DNA of 60,915 bases from Thermodesulfobacteriota bacterium (GTDB lineage: Bacteria > Desulfobacterota > Desulfobacteria > Desulfobacterales > B30-G6): the NCBI GenBank assembly GCA_039714495.1, contig JBDLJD010000003.1:1-60915 (forward strand), in the 5' to 3' direction. Made by a program: the position numbers and the translations under genes. Below are positions 1 through 8,952 of the stretch, one piece after another. The notes under the pieces were generated by a model that was given only the letters and a program-made list of their open reading frames with translations, was not told where the DNA came from and ran no database searches. How positions within the stretch are numbered: the stretch's first letter is position 1; the number at the start of each line of letters is the position of its first letter.

Positions 1-204
1 CGCACAGCGATTTTCGATAACCTCAACCCTAACGGACCATTGTTGATCGGTACACCGGAAGAAGTCGAAAAGGATACCATTGTACACCTTGAAAGAGCTC
101 GTGGTATGAACGGCTATTTGTTTTCGACGGCTGGAACGATGTCTCCGAACACACCCAAGGTCAATTTCGAGACGATGAATCGGATCGTTTTAAATTTCAA
201 ATAA
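1..204 (+). CDS. C-terminal end of a uroporphyrinogen-decarboxylase (URO-D / MtaA-MtbA-like) family methyltransferase; 5' part lies outside the window
   Basis: Frame 1 is open from the window edge to TAA at 202-204. The tail LIGTPEEVEKDTIVHLERARGMNGYLFSTAGTMSPNTPKVNFETMNRIV resembles URO-D family C-termini. It ends 17 nt upstream of an MttB-family gene. Confidence 0.55.
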   Translation, partial: RTAIFDNLNPNGPLLIGTPEEVEKDTIVHLERARGMNGYLFSTAGTMSPNTPKVNFETMNRIVLNFK

Positions 205-221
205 ATTCGGAAATTAAATCA

Positions 222-1634
222 ATGATGAACAGAGCCACCATTGACTTTGACAAGCCCATTCTAGATCAAATTCATCACCGTTCACTCGAACTCCTTCAGG
301 AATGCGGAATTCGCTTCCCCAGTGAAAAGGCTCTCGAATTTTTTAAAAGCCGGGGATTTAGAGTCGACGGGAAAACAGTTTATTTTAAAGAAAAAGATAT
401 TGCAAATGGGCTCGAAACGGTTCCCGCGCAATTTACCATCAAGGCGCGCAACCCTGAAAAGAGCATCTGTATCGGCGGTGGCGATTATATGATGGCACCG
501 GGTTATGGTCCCCCATTTATAATAGAAACTACAGGTAAAAAGAGGAACGCCACCCTTGAGGATGTCTACAAGTTTTGCAAGCTTGTCCAGACATCGACTG
601 TTTTGGATTTCAATAGCTCCATTGTGGCCCAACCAAACGATGTGCCGGCAGAGACGGCGCACCTGGACATCCTTTTAGCGACGATTCTTTTAACCGATAA
701 ACCGCTTATGGGAAGTACAGCCTCTGAAACCGCTGCCCTGGACTCATTGAAACTGTCTGAAAGAATATGGGGAAATACCGATGAACCGGTCATGATTTCA
801 TTGGTGGATTCACTCTCACCCCTTCAATATGCCGATGAATCGATTGAATCACTCATGGTATTTGCCGAAGCCGGACAACCGGTGCTCGTTCACTCTGCCT
901 GTTCCTTAGGTTCTACCGGCCCTATCACCATCGCCGGCTCTTTGGTTATTTCCAATGCAACCACCCTTGCGGGTATCTGCCTTTCTCAATTAAAAAAGCC
1001 TGGTACGCCGGTTGTCTATGGATTGGGCGGCAGTCCCACCGATATGCGTACCGGAGGCTATGTAAATGCTTCACCGGAAGATGCCAAACATACAGCGATT
1101 GCAACTGAGATGGGACGATATTATGGCATCCCATGCCGAAGCCAGGGAGCACTGACGGAATCCTTTTGCCTTGACTACCAGTCGGGCATGGAATCAGCAG
1201 TGATGATGACCACCGCCGCCTTATCTGGTGTCGATGTCAGTTTGCACACATGCGGCACCTACGGCTCTATGCTGGCGATGAGCTTCGAAAAATTCATCGC
1301 CGATGAGGATCTGTGCGGAGTGCTTAAGAAGTTGATGAAACCGGTAGAATTTACGAAAGAGGCGTTTGCGATGGATTTGATCAAGGAACTCAGCACATCG
1401 GGAAACTACCTGGTGCAGGATCATACGCTGAAGCGCTGTCGGACCGAGTTTTTTGAACCCGCCTTGAGTACCCGTACGAATTACGACAAATGGGTACATA
1501 TGGAGATGCGGAAAATGGATAACCGGGCAGGAAAAATATTGGAGAGCAGGCTTGCCTCGTTTGAAAAACCGGACATTGACAAAATGTTGGAAAAAGATCT
1601 AATAAAATACGTCGAACAACGAAAAGGGATTTAG
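222..1634 (+). CDS. MttB-superfamily (trimethylamine methyltransferase family) corrinoid methyltransferase, non-pyrrolysine type
   Basis: Uninterrupted 470-aa ORF. The N-terminal LDQIHHRSLELLQECGIRF and overall pattern are typical of the MttB family. There is no in-frame TAG, so it is MtgB/MtpB/MtcB-like rather than Pyl-dependent. Confidence 0.9.
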   Translation: MMNRATIDFDKPILDQIHHRSLELLQECGIRFPSEKALEFFKSRGFRVDGKTVYFKEKDIANGLETVPAQFTIKARNPEKSICIGGGDYMMAPGYGPPFIIETTGKKRNATLEDVYKFCKLVQTSTVLDFNSSIVAQPNDVPAETAHLDILLATILLTDKPLMGSTASETAALDSLKLSERIWGNTDEPVMISLVDSLSPLQYADESIESLMVFAEAGQPVLVHSACSLGSTGPITIAGSLVISNATTLAGICLSQLKKPGTPVVYGLGGSPTDMRTGGYVNASPEDAKHTAIATEMGRYYGIPCRSQGALTESFCLDYQSGMESAVMMTTAALSGVDVSLHTCGTYGSMLAMSFEKFIADEDLCGVLKKLMKPVEFTKEAFAMDLIKELSTSGNYLVQDHTLKRCRTEFFEPALSTRTNYDKWVHMEMRKMDNRAGKILESRLASFEKPDIDKMLEKDLIKYVEQRKGI

Positions 1635-1725
1635 TTATCCTCAGAAATGGGAACAACTTGTACAAATTTTGCCGATCCCAATTTTATAGGTTCCTCAAAA
1701 AAACAACCTGAGGGGAGATTTTACC

Positions 1726-2121
1726 ATGACCGAATTTAAAACACTGGGGGAGATGAAAATCAGAAATCCCCTTGAAATCGATCGTTATTCCGTACAAACC
1801 ATTGAGCGTCCGGATGAGCAAGTTGACGTTTTAAGAATTGTTTACAAACGTAATAAAGGCTCTTTATTGCCGAAAAGCAAACGTTTTCGATTTCAACGAA
1901 TCAAGAAGAAACCGGTTAAAGAAAGCGGTCCCGGTAAAATGGGTGCCCGGTGGGAGGTATCCCCATTTCTGAGAAAGGCAGTTGCGGAGTTGGATCAAAT
2001 TTTTTCGGCTGAATACAATAAAAAAGAAAAAATAAAAATAATTCTTGATGAGGTGAGACGATTGGAAGAGGATTCAAAGATCCGGCTCGATTATATTCGC
2101 GGTTTGGTTGATTCAATTTAA
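1726..2121 (+). CDS. DUF3461-like small protein
   Basis: 131-aa ORF preceded by a GAGGGGAG Shine-Dalgarno. The pattern IRNPLEIDRYSV..LRIVYKRNKGSLLPKSKRFRF..SPFLRKAVAELDQI matches my recollection of DUF3461 proteins. Confidence 0.55.
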   Translation: MTEFKTLGEMKIRNPLEIDRYSVQTIERPDEQVDVLRIVYKRNKGSLLPKSKRFRFQRIKKKPVKESGPGKMGARWEVSPFLRKAVAELDQIFSAEYNKKEKIKIILDEVRRLEEDSKIRLDYIRGLVDSI

Positions 2122-2147
2122 GACGCAGAGGATTTGGTCCTGGCACA

Positions 2148-2972
2148 TTAATGCGCGATAATCTGGCTCAGAAAGTCTTTCGTGCGTTGCGATTTTGGAT
2201 GGTCGAAAAACGTCGTCGGATCGGTATTTTCTATAATCTCGCCCGCGTCCATAAAGACTACATTGTTTGCAACCTTCCGCGCGAATCCCATCTCATGGGT
2301 CACGCAGATCATCGTCATGCCGGATTCCGCCAGCTCGACCATCACATCCAGCACCTCGGAAATCATTTCAGGGTCCAGGGCCGATGTGGGTTCGTCAAAA
2401 AGCATGATCTTGGGCTGCATGGCAAGACTGCGAGCAATGGCGACCCGCTGCTGCTGACCCCCCGAAAGTTGCGCCGGGTATTTGTGCGCCTGTTCGGGAA
2501 TCTTCACCCGCTCCAGGAGCTGCTTTGCTGTCTCATCTGCTTCTTTCTTGGGTATCTTGCGTACCCAAAGGGGGGCTGCCATGAGATTTTCAAGCACCGT
2601 CAGGTGCGGAAAGAGGTTGAACTGTTGAAAAACCATGCCGATTTCACGGCGGACGACATTGACTTCTTTCATATGATCATGAAGCTCTATACCGTCGACG
2701 ATGATCTTTCCCTTCTGGTGGGCCTCGAGCCGATTGAGGCAACGGATTAAGGTGGATTTGCCCGAACCCGATGGACCGCAAACGACGATCTTTTCGCCTT
2801 GACGCACCTTCAGGTTGACATCCTTAAGAACATGCAGGGGGCCAAACCACTTATTAACGTTGGTCATCTCGATGATAGAATCGTCGGAGGAGCCTTTAGC
2901 TGTCAAAGCGGCAGACCCGTGCTGCGATGTGTCGCTTACGTCGCCACCTTGGGAATTGCTTGTCGTATTCAT
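2148..2972 (-). CDS. Polar amino-acid ABC transporter ATP-binding protein (GlnQ/HisP type)
   Basis: Walker [10 protein letters not shown], signature [13 protein letters not shown] and Walker [12 protein letters not shown] are present. The ATG overlaps the permease stop (ATGA coupling). There is a ~35-aa N-terminal extension. Confidence 0.93.
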   Translation of the reverse strand: MNTTSNSQGGDVSDTSQHGSAALTAKGSSDDSIIEMTNVNKWFGPLHVLKDVNLKVRQGEKIVVCGPSGSGKSTLIRCLNRLEAHQKGKIIVDGIELHDHMKEVNVVRREIGMVFQQFNLFPHLTVLENLMAAPLWVRKIPKKEADETAKQLLERVKIPEQAHKYPAQLSGGQQQRVAIARSLAMQPKIMLFDEPTSALDPEMISEVLDVMVELAESGMTMICVTHEMGFARKVANNVVFMDAGEIIENTDPTTFFDHPKSQRTKDFLSQIIAH

Positions 2973-3946
2973 GCTTTATTCACTTTCACAGTGCGGTAAT
3001 GGCTTTCCAGACGCCGCTGTATGGCTTCCATCACTATGGTAAGGGCCCAGTAGATCATGGCGACCGTTATCAGCATCTCCATATGCTGGAATGTCTTCTG
3101 GCCCAGGGTCCGGGCCAGGAACATAAGCTCCCAGACGCCGATGACCGATATGAGCGAACTGTCCTTGAGCATGGAAATGAAACTATTGCCGGTGGGGGGG
3201 ATGATGACCGGAATGGCCTGGGGCAGTATGATCCTCCGCATGGTAGGCCCGAAGGTGAAGCCCAGAGACCTGGAAGCCTCCCATTGACCGGGGGGAATGC
3301 TTTCTATGCCGGCCCGGAAGACCTCCGTCATGAAGGCACCGTAGTTGAGCGTGAGTGCCAAAATACCGGCCGGCACGGCATCAATCACATAACCCATCTG
3401 CGGCAGCCCGAGGTAAACGAGGTAAATCAGCAGCAGAAGGGGCAGTGCACGAAACAAAGACGTGTAGAAACTGGCAATCCCGTGGGCAAAACCATTACCG
3501 GAAAGCTTGGCTATCGCACCGACCATAGCGACTATGAAAGCAAGAACAATGGATATTGCCGACACATAGATCGTCGTGAAGAGACCCCTGCTTAGAAGGA
3601 ACCATAACTGACTCTGGATGAATTCCAAACTGAGGTTGAATATATGGAAGCCGCTCACAAAAAAGACCGCAAGCTCTAACCATACCACTAAACTCTGGAT
3701 CGGCGTCGGCAAAAATCCGATCGCAAAAATATTCAGCGTAAAAAGAATACCAAGCACAAGGGCAACGGCGAAGCGGCCGTAAAGGCCGCTTTGCGCCGGA
3801 TCGCCGATCACCGGTGTGAGGAAATGGCCAAAGATTGTGTCGGCAAGATTAAGGGCAAAAAGGATCACAAATACAACCCCGAGGAAAATACCCAAAAACT
3901 TCGGCTTGTGAACCAGTTTTTCCTCAATTACCGTATCCGTGTACAT
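2969..3946 (-). CDS. Amino-acid ABC transporter permease (His/Glu/Gln/Arg/opine family)
   Basis: 325-aa multi-TM ORF with the family EAA-type loop ([22 protein letters not shown]). It has an extra N-terminal TM region compared with typical ~220-aa permeases. Confidence 0.9.
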   Translation of the reverse strand: MYTDTVIEEKLVHKPKFLGIFLGVVFVILFALNLADTIFGHFLTPVIGDPAQSGLYGRFAVALVLGILFTLNIFAIGFLPTPIQSLVVWLELAVFFVSGFHIFNLSLEFIQSQLWFLLSRGLFTTIYVSAISIVLAFIVAMVGAIAKLSGNGFAHGIASFYTSLFRALPLLLLIYLVYLGLPQMGYVIDAVPAGILALTLNYGAFMTEVFRAGIESIPPGQWEASRSLGFTFGPTMRRIILPQAIPVIIPPTGNSFISMLKDSSLISVIGVWELMFLARTLGQKTFQHMEMLITVAMIYWALTIVMEAIQRRLESHYRTVKVNKA

Positions 3947-4005
3947 CTATTTCTCCCCATATCTTGCAGACACAACGATTAAGATTTATTTAAATTGCGC
4001 CCAGG

Positions 4006-4842
4006 CTATTTGGCAGCCTTTGTGTAGTCGACGCCGTACCATTTTTTTGAGAGTGCCGATAACGTACCATCCGCATGCAGCTCTTTGATCATAGCCGCTA
4101 ACTTGTCATGGAACTCCTGATCACCTTTGTCGATGGCCACCGCAAGCGGTTCGTAGAATGCCGGTGCCCCGATGATCCGAAGCGGGTAGCCGTTCTTAAT
4201 GGCTTCTTGAATGGTGGGAACCGAACTTAACACGCCGTCGAGACGCACACCATCTCCAAGGCGCAGATCATCGAATGCGGTGTTCGAATCTTTATACGAT
4301 TTGATGTTTTTGGCCGTGGTGGTGACATCATATACGAACGCCGGTGCACCTTCGGCATCGATGACCAGGTCTTTTTTCATATAATTCTCAAATACGGTGG
4401 CGGTCGTAGCACCGATTCTCTTGCCGTTCAGTTCAGTCTTATCTTTGTATTTGGCGTCTTTGTGAACGACAAAACCGGCCGGTGTATAGTAATAGACACC
4501 CGGAAAACTCAGCTTTTTGGCGCGTGCCTTGGTGGGTGTCATGGAGCCGACCGAAATGTCCCAGCGCCCATGCCAATTGCCGGCGGTAAGGATGTCCCAC
4601 TCCGGGGTCTCGAATTTGATTTTGACGCCCAGACGCTTTGCTATTTCTCTGGCAACGGAAATATCGAACCCATCCCACTCTTTATTATCATTCAGGAAAG
4701 ATTGTGGCGGCCAGCCCCCGTATGTCGAGGCGACTAAAACTTTGTTGTTCATCACACGATCCAGGTTCTCTCCGGCCCAGGCGCCACTGGTTCCAATGGC
4801 AATAATTAGCACCACCATTGCGAGTTTAAATAATTGTTTCAT
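4006..4842 (-). CDS. Amino-acid ABC transporter substrate-binding protein (family 3)
   Basis: Signal peptide MKQLFKLAMVVLIIAIGTSGAWA. The ORF track starts at 4875, but ATG 4842 has a GGAGGA 7 nt upstream. The gene is adjacent to the permease and ATPase. Confidence 0.9.
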   Translation of the reverse strand: MKQLFKLAMVVLIIAIGTSGAWAGENLDRVMNNKVLVASTYGGWPPQSFLNDNKEWDGFDISVAREIAKRLGVKIKFETPEWDILTAGNWHGRWDISVGSMTPTKARAKKLSFPGVYYYTPAGFVVHKDAKYKDKTELNGKRIGATTATVFENYMKKDLVIDAEGAPAFVYDVTTTAKNIKSYKDSNTAFDDLRLGDGVRLDGVLSSVPTIQEAIKNGYPLRIIGAPAFYEPLAVAIDKGDQEFHDKLAAMIKELHADGTLSALSKKWYGVDYTKAAK

Positions 4843-4957
4843 GATAGTTCCTCCAATTAAATTAGATGTTAACATTAAATTGAGCTATGCCCCTTGCCAA
4901 TCTTTATTACACGCGTATTCATGTATACAAATCAAACAGAATCTCCGAAATATATAT

Positions 4958-5212
4958 TTTCGCATAGCGATAATATATATTTCTATGTGTATAGTAGTTG
5001 ATTTAGAAATGTCAACATTTTTTTAAAATAAGGACATCACATGCAATGCAATAGTTATAACTTTAAAAAACTATTGACAAGGCAATAATACCAACATAGA
5101 TATTAACCGTATGTTGAAATATAATTTCACATAGCGATAAATATAGTCAGTCAAGGCCACTCGACGTCAATGTCAAATAAACCCAAAACTAATTGGAGAG
5201 GTGATAAAAATC
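4958..5212. promoter_or_regulatory. Bidirectional control region, copy A (paralogue of 23049-23297)
   Basis: AT-rich divergent intergenic region. It holds the inverted repeat CGCATAG(4961-4967)-N15-CTATGTG(4983-4989) and the box TTCACATAGCGATA (5126-5139). It is collinear with a second copy 18 kb away. Confidence 0.55.
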
Positions 5213-6679
5213 ATGAAAAAATTTAATTACAAAATCGAATTGTACCAGTATCTAGCGGAAACCAAGGGTAAGCTTTTTGAAATGGCCAAGAAAATTCCCG
5301 GACAAATTGGCATGCCGGATAATTTGTTGGGAACCTTTGGATTGTCCGGCACAATCTCCGAATGTCATGGCCTCTTGCGTAAAGCAATCGCTGATGAAGT
5401 TGAGAACGGACAGCGGAAAGTTATCAATAGTGGCAATCTTGATTTTGAAATCAGGAAGTTGGTTAAAAGTTACTACGGGGATGAGTACGATGCGGTTGCG
5501 GCAAGCACCTGTGAGGCCTTGCTGATGGTCGGTTTTGATACGCTTTTTTCACCGCCGGTTGCAGGCCGTGGTGAAAATTACCGCGCCCGTTATATCTCCC
5601 CCTATGAAAGACATGCTCACCATCATGCCGGTTACGGCAGACCCTTTCCGCCACGATATAAAGACATATTCGCCGATCGTGGCGTTACTGCCGGTGAATA
5701 TGGTTTTATGGGTAAGCGCCTGAATAACCTGGATACGATACTCGTGCCAATGGTTGGCGGGCGCTATGATTGTCACGGATTGAAATACCACCCTTGTCAG
5801 CTTCTCAGCAATGTAGACGCAAAGGCTACCGCCGAAGCAATTGCTGCGACAGCCAAACGCCATGAAGCATCTATTTCTGGTTTCACATCTCTGGGGTACA
5901 CAAATCCATCATATGGATATGGCGAAGTTGATGAAACGGGCGTACCTGTACTCCAAAAGGAAATTTCTAAGATTGCTCAGCAATACAACGTACCCTATAT
6001 TATCGACAATGCTACAGCGATTCCTTTTCAATGCGTTGATATTCGCAAAAGTGAGGCTGACTTGATGATGTTCAGCATGGATAAGTCAAGTGGCGGTACC
6101 ACTTGCGGCCTTGCAATAGGTAAAGAAGAGAGCATCGTACCTATGGCCCGCGCAATGGGGACGGCAGGGCCGCGATTCGGTGGCCTCATCTCGCATGCAA
6201 AGGCGATGTACGTTCAAGTAGACCCCGGCAAGGAATCCCTGTTAGGGTTGATCGCGACACTCAAAATTCTCATTGAACGCCAGGATCAATTCCGCAAAAA
6301 CTGTGATATCTTTTATGAAATTGCAGTTGATGAGTTCTCTAAAATCGATCAAGGCATTATGGAAAATGTTGCCATTAATAAAGACTATGGAAGTAGTGGT
6401 GTTGAAATCGATTATCAAGGAACATGGCGTGATGGAAAAATGGGTTGGCCCATCTTTTCAATCGAAGATATGTATGCCGGCACCTCATTGATCCAGACTG
6501 GTCTTAAGATGATGGGTATCATCCCGTGCTTGGCATATGATGCAAATATCAAAATGTCATTAGGGCTTGGCACCACCGATGAAAACGGAGACATTATCGA
6601 AGACACCACGCGGTGGGGTGTTCGTGGTTTGGCCAAACTTGTTGAATTGCTTTGCCGGCATTGCGGGATGATGGATTAA
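5213..6679 (+). CDS. SelA-like / fold-type-I PLP-dependent enzyme (unknown specificity)
   Basis: The motif FSMDKSSGGTTCGLAIGKEE resembles the SelA/DgaE-type PLP-lysine motif FSGDKLLGGPQAGIIVGK. Start placed at ATG 5213 (MKKFNYK), which has a GGAGAGG upstream and is conserved in the duplicated stump at 23298. Confidence 0.7.
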   Translation: MKKFNYKIELYQYLAETKGKLFEMAKKIPGQIGMPDNLLGTFGLSGTISECHGLLRKAIADEVENGQRKVINSGNLDFEIRKLVKSYYGDEYDAVAASTCEALLMVGFDTLFSPPVAGRGENYRARYISPYERHAHHHAGYGRPFPPRYKDIFADRGVTAGEYGFMGKRLNNLDTILVPMVGGRYDCHGLKYHPCQLLSNVDAKATAEAIAATAKRHEASISGFTSLGYTNPSYGYGEVDETGVPVLQKEISKIAQQYNVPYIIDNATAIPFQCVDIRKSEADLMMFSMDKSSGGTTCGLAIGKEESIVPMARAMGTAGPRFGGLISHAKAMYVQVDPGKESLLGLIATLKILIERQDQFRKNCDIFYEIAVDEFSKIDQGIMENVAINKDYGSSGVEIDYQGTWRDGKMGWPIFSIEDMYAGTSLIQTGLKMMGIIPCLAYDANIKMSLGLGTTDENGDIIEDTTRWGVRGLAKLVELLCRHCGMMD

Positions 6680-6783
6680 ATGTTGGCTGCTTCAGTGAGG
6701 TCAATCGATGATGCATTGAAGGCGTATATGAAACATCGAAAGGCTGAAATTCAGGCGAACTCCTCTATAAAAAGCGAGTTATA

Positions 6784-8052
6784 ATGGCAGATAGTAACGC
6801 GTCCCCCAAATCAAAGCGCCACGTAATTGTAATTGGCGCAGGAATCGTGGGCACTTGCTGTGCTCTCTATTTGCAGCGTGAGGGATTCCAGGTGACTCTG
6901 ATCGAAAAGAATAAGCCTGGTGTGGGCGCCTCTGGAGCTAATGCCGGCAATTTGGGCATCGCCTCGTGCGTCCCATTATCGACACCAGGTATGGTGTGGC
7001 AAGTGCCGGGCATGATGTTGGATAAAACTTCAGCACTGAAGTTGCGCTGGCGTTACTTTCCCGGGGCCATACCCTTTTTAATTCGTTTCATGCGTGCGGG
7101 GAATCGTAAAAAAGTAGAAGAAATCGCAGACGCACTGCTCTCCCTTATGAGTCGACTACATGATGCATACCAGCCCCTTCTTGACGACGCCAATGCCCAT
7201 GACCTGATAAAACAACTGGGCCGGGCCACTGTTTACCAAACCGAAAAAGGGCTGGCAGGTTGTAAATACTCCGTCGAGCTGCGGCAGCGCAGGGACATCG
7301 AAATAGAGATGTTATCCGGGGATGAACTGCGTGAGATCATTCCCGATCTGTCTCCTGAAGTCAAGGGCGGCTATCACATATTGAAGGCGATCCAGTGTTT
7401 CAATCCGGAAAGGCTGGTCGAGGTATTTGCCGAGCATTTGGTTCGACAAGGCGGATCACTGCTCTATGAAAGGGTTCATGGGGTCGAAGATGCAACGGAT
7501 GGCAAGGGATGTAGCGTGCTGACCGACCTGGGACGACACAGTGCCGATGCTGTAGTCCTTTCTGCCGGCGCATGGTCGACGCCCCTTGTGAAGCAGCTGG
7601 GAGCCAGGGTTCCAATGCATACTGAAAACGGCTATTATACCATGTTTCCCAACCCGGGCGTAAGGCTGCCGATTCCTATCACCGGTGGTGACTGTCACGT
7701 GGCCCTGGCTGAAATGGAAGGTGGGTTGAGGGTAAGCGGAATCGCCGAATATGTCCCGGTTGATGTTCCACCTAAATGGGAGTATTGTGAGGCAATTACC
7801 GAGCATACGAAGACACTGTTGCCGGGACTCAATGTCGAGGGAGCCTATAATGGTTTGGGCCCGCGCCCATCCATGCCGGACGGAAAACCGGTCATTGGTC
7901 GTTCACCTCGATACCCGTGGGCCTTTTTTGCTTTCGGCCACGGGCACGTGGGGTTGGGAACCGGCGCCATCACCGGCAGAATTATTAGCCAGCTTGTTGC
8001 GGGTCGCCCTCCAGAGGTTGACCTTGCGCCATTTCGACATGATCGCTTTTAA
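6784..8052 (+). CDS. FAD-dependent oxidoreductase, D-amino-acid dehydrogenase (DadA/DAO) family
   Basis: N-terminal dinucleotide fold VIVIGAGIVGTCCALYLQREGFQVTLIEKN. Length is 422 aa, and the C-terminal FGHGHVGLGTGAITG is typical of the DAO family. Confidence 0.85.
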   Translation: MADSNASPKSKRHVIVIGAGIVGTCCALYLQREGFQVTLIEKNKPGVGASGANAGNLGIASCVPLSTPGMVWQVPGMMLDKTSALKLRWRYFPGAIPFLIRFMRAGNRKKVEEIADALLSLMSRLHDAYQPLLDDANAHDLIKQLGRATVYQTEKGLAGCKYSVELRQRRDIEIEMLSGDELREIIPDLSPEVKGGYHILKAIQCFNPERLVEVFAEHLVRQGGSLLYERVHGVEDATDGKGCSVLTDLGRHSADAVVLSAGAWSTPLVKQLGARVPMHTENGYYTMFPNPGVRLPIPITGGDCHVALAEMEGGLRVSGIAEYVPVDVPPKWEYCEAITEHTKTLLPGLNVEGAYNGLGPRPSMPDGKPVIGRSPRYPWAFFAFGHGHVGLGTGAITGRIISQLVAGRPPEVDLAPFRHDRF

Positions 8053-8118
8053 TTAGAATTAACTATTTTGCTTAAACCCATTCAACATGAACTATATTAA
8101 TAAAGGAAATCTTTCATT

Positions 8119-8892
8119 ATGACAACTCAAGAGAATCGCATTGGTATTGTCGGCTGCGGAACCATCGGGAGCCATATTGCCAGACGGGCACATGAACGTC
8201 AGTTTGCAAATGTAGACTTTATTTGCGATGTTGATCTAGACAATGCAAAAAAAGTTGCCTCCAAGGCCAACCTTTTTTCAGACTTGAAACAGGTTCATGA
8301 ACACGATGTTGACTTGGTTGTGGAAGCGGCCAACGCTGATGTCATGCGCGAAATCGCCATCGATGTTTTATCTAAGCGGAATTTTATGCCGTTTACCATG
8401 ACGGCCTTGGCTGATGATGAATTCCGCAAGCAAATCAGGGAAACTTGCCTTACAGCCGGAACCCGATTGTTCATTCCCCATGGCGGCATTCTCGGACTCG
8501 ACGGTGTCTTTGACGGTCGTCATGTTATAGAGGAACTGACGGTTACCACAACCAAGCATCCGAAAAATTTCGGTCTTGACCCGACCATCAAAGGCACTAT
8601 TTATGAAGGGCCCGTGCGCGGAGCGTGTGAGAAATATCCCCGCAATGTTAACGTGCACGCCGCATTTGCACTTATGGGGCTGGGATTTGACAAAACCCGC
8701 AGCGTCGTAATCGCTGATCCTGAAACCAACCGCAATACGATTGATATTCATGTCAAAGGAGAGGGATTGGAATGGAACCTGACGATCGTCAGCATCCCCG
8801 TAGGGTTGGTAACCGGTGCCTACACGCCGGAATCTGCCGCCTCATCGGTTGCACGGGTCCTGTGCGCCGATTATGATATCGTATTAGCTTGA
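8119..8892 (+). CDS. Aspartate dehydrogenase (NadX)-like NAD(P) oxidoreductase
   Basis: IGIVGCGTIGSHIA Rossmann start, plus YPRNVNVHAA and VVIADP motifs that match my recollection of Thermotoga L-aspartate dehydrogenase (FPRNINVA, IVADP). Length is 257 aa. Confidence 0.8.
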   Translation: MTTQENRIGIVGCGTIGSHIARRAHERQFANVDFICDVDLDNAKKVASKANLFSDLKQVHEHDVDLVVEAANADVMREIAIDVLSKRNFMPFTMTALADDEFRKQIRETCLTAGTRLFIPHGGILGLDGVFDGRHVIEELTVTTTKHPKNFGLDPTIKGTIYEGPVRGACEKYPRNVNVHAAFALMGLGFDKTRSVVIADPETNRNTIDIHVKGEGLEWNLTIVSIPVGLVTGAYTPESAASSVARVLCADYDIVLA

Positions 8893-8952
8893 TGCTCAAC
8901 TGAATTTGGTTTTTACGTTTCAATAACGTTTATCGTTTGAAAGATACAGCAT

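Noticed and set aside
222-1634. A possible pyrrolysine (in-frame TAG) in the MttB-family gene
   Set aside because: The ORF is continuous for 470 codons with no internal amber codon, so it is the non-Pyl type.
2141-2154. A TGGCAC..TGC sequence resembling a sigma-54 promoter
   Set aside because: The GG-to-GC spacing is one nt short of the -24/-12 consensus. The site also lies between two convergent gene ends, pointing into antisense DNA.
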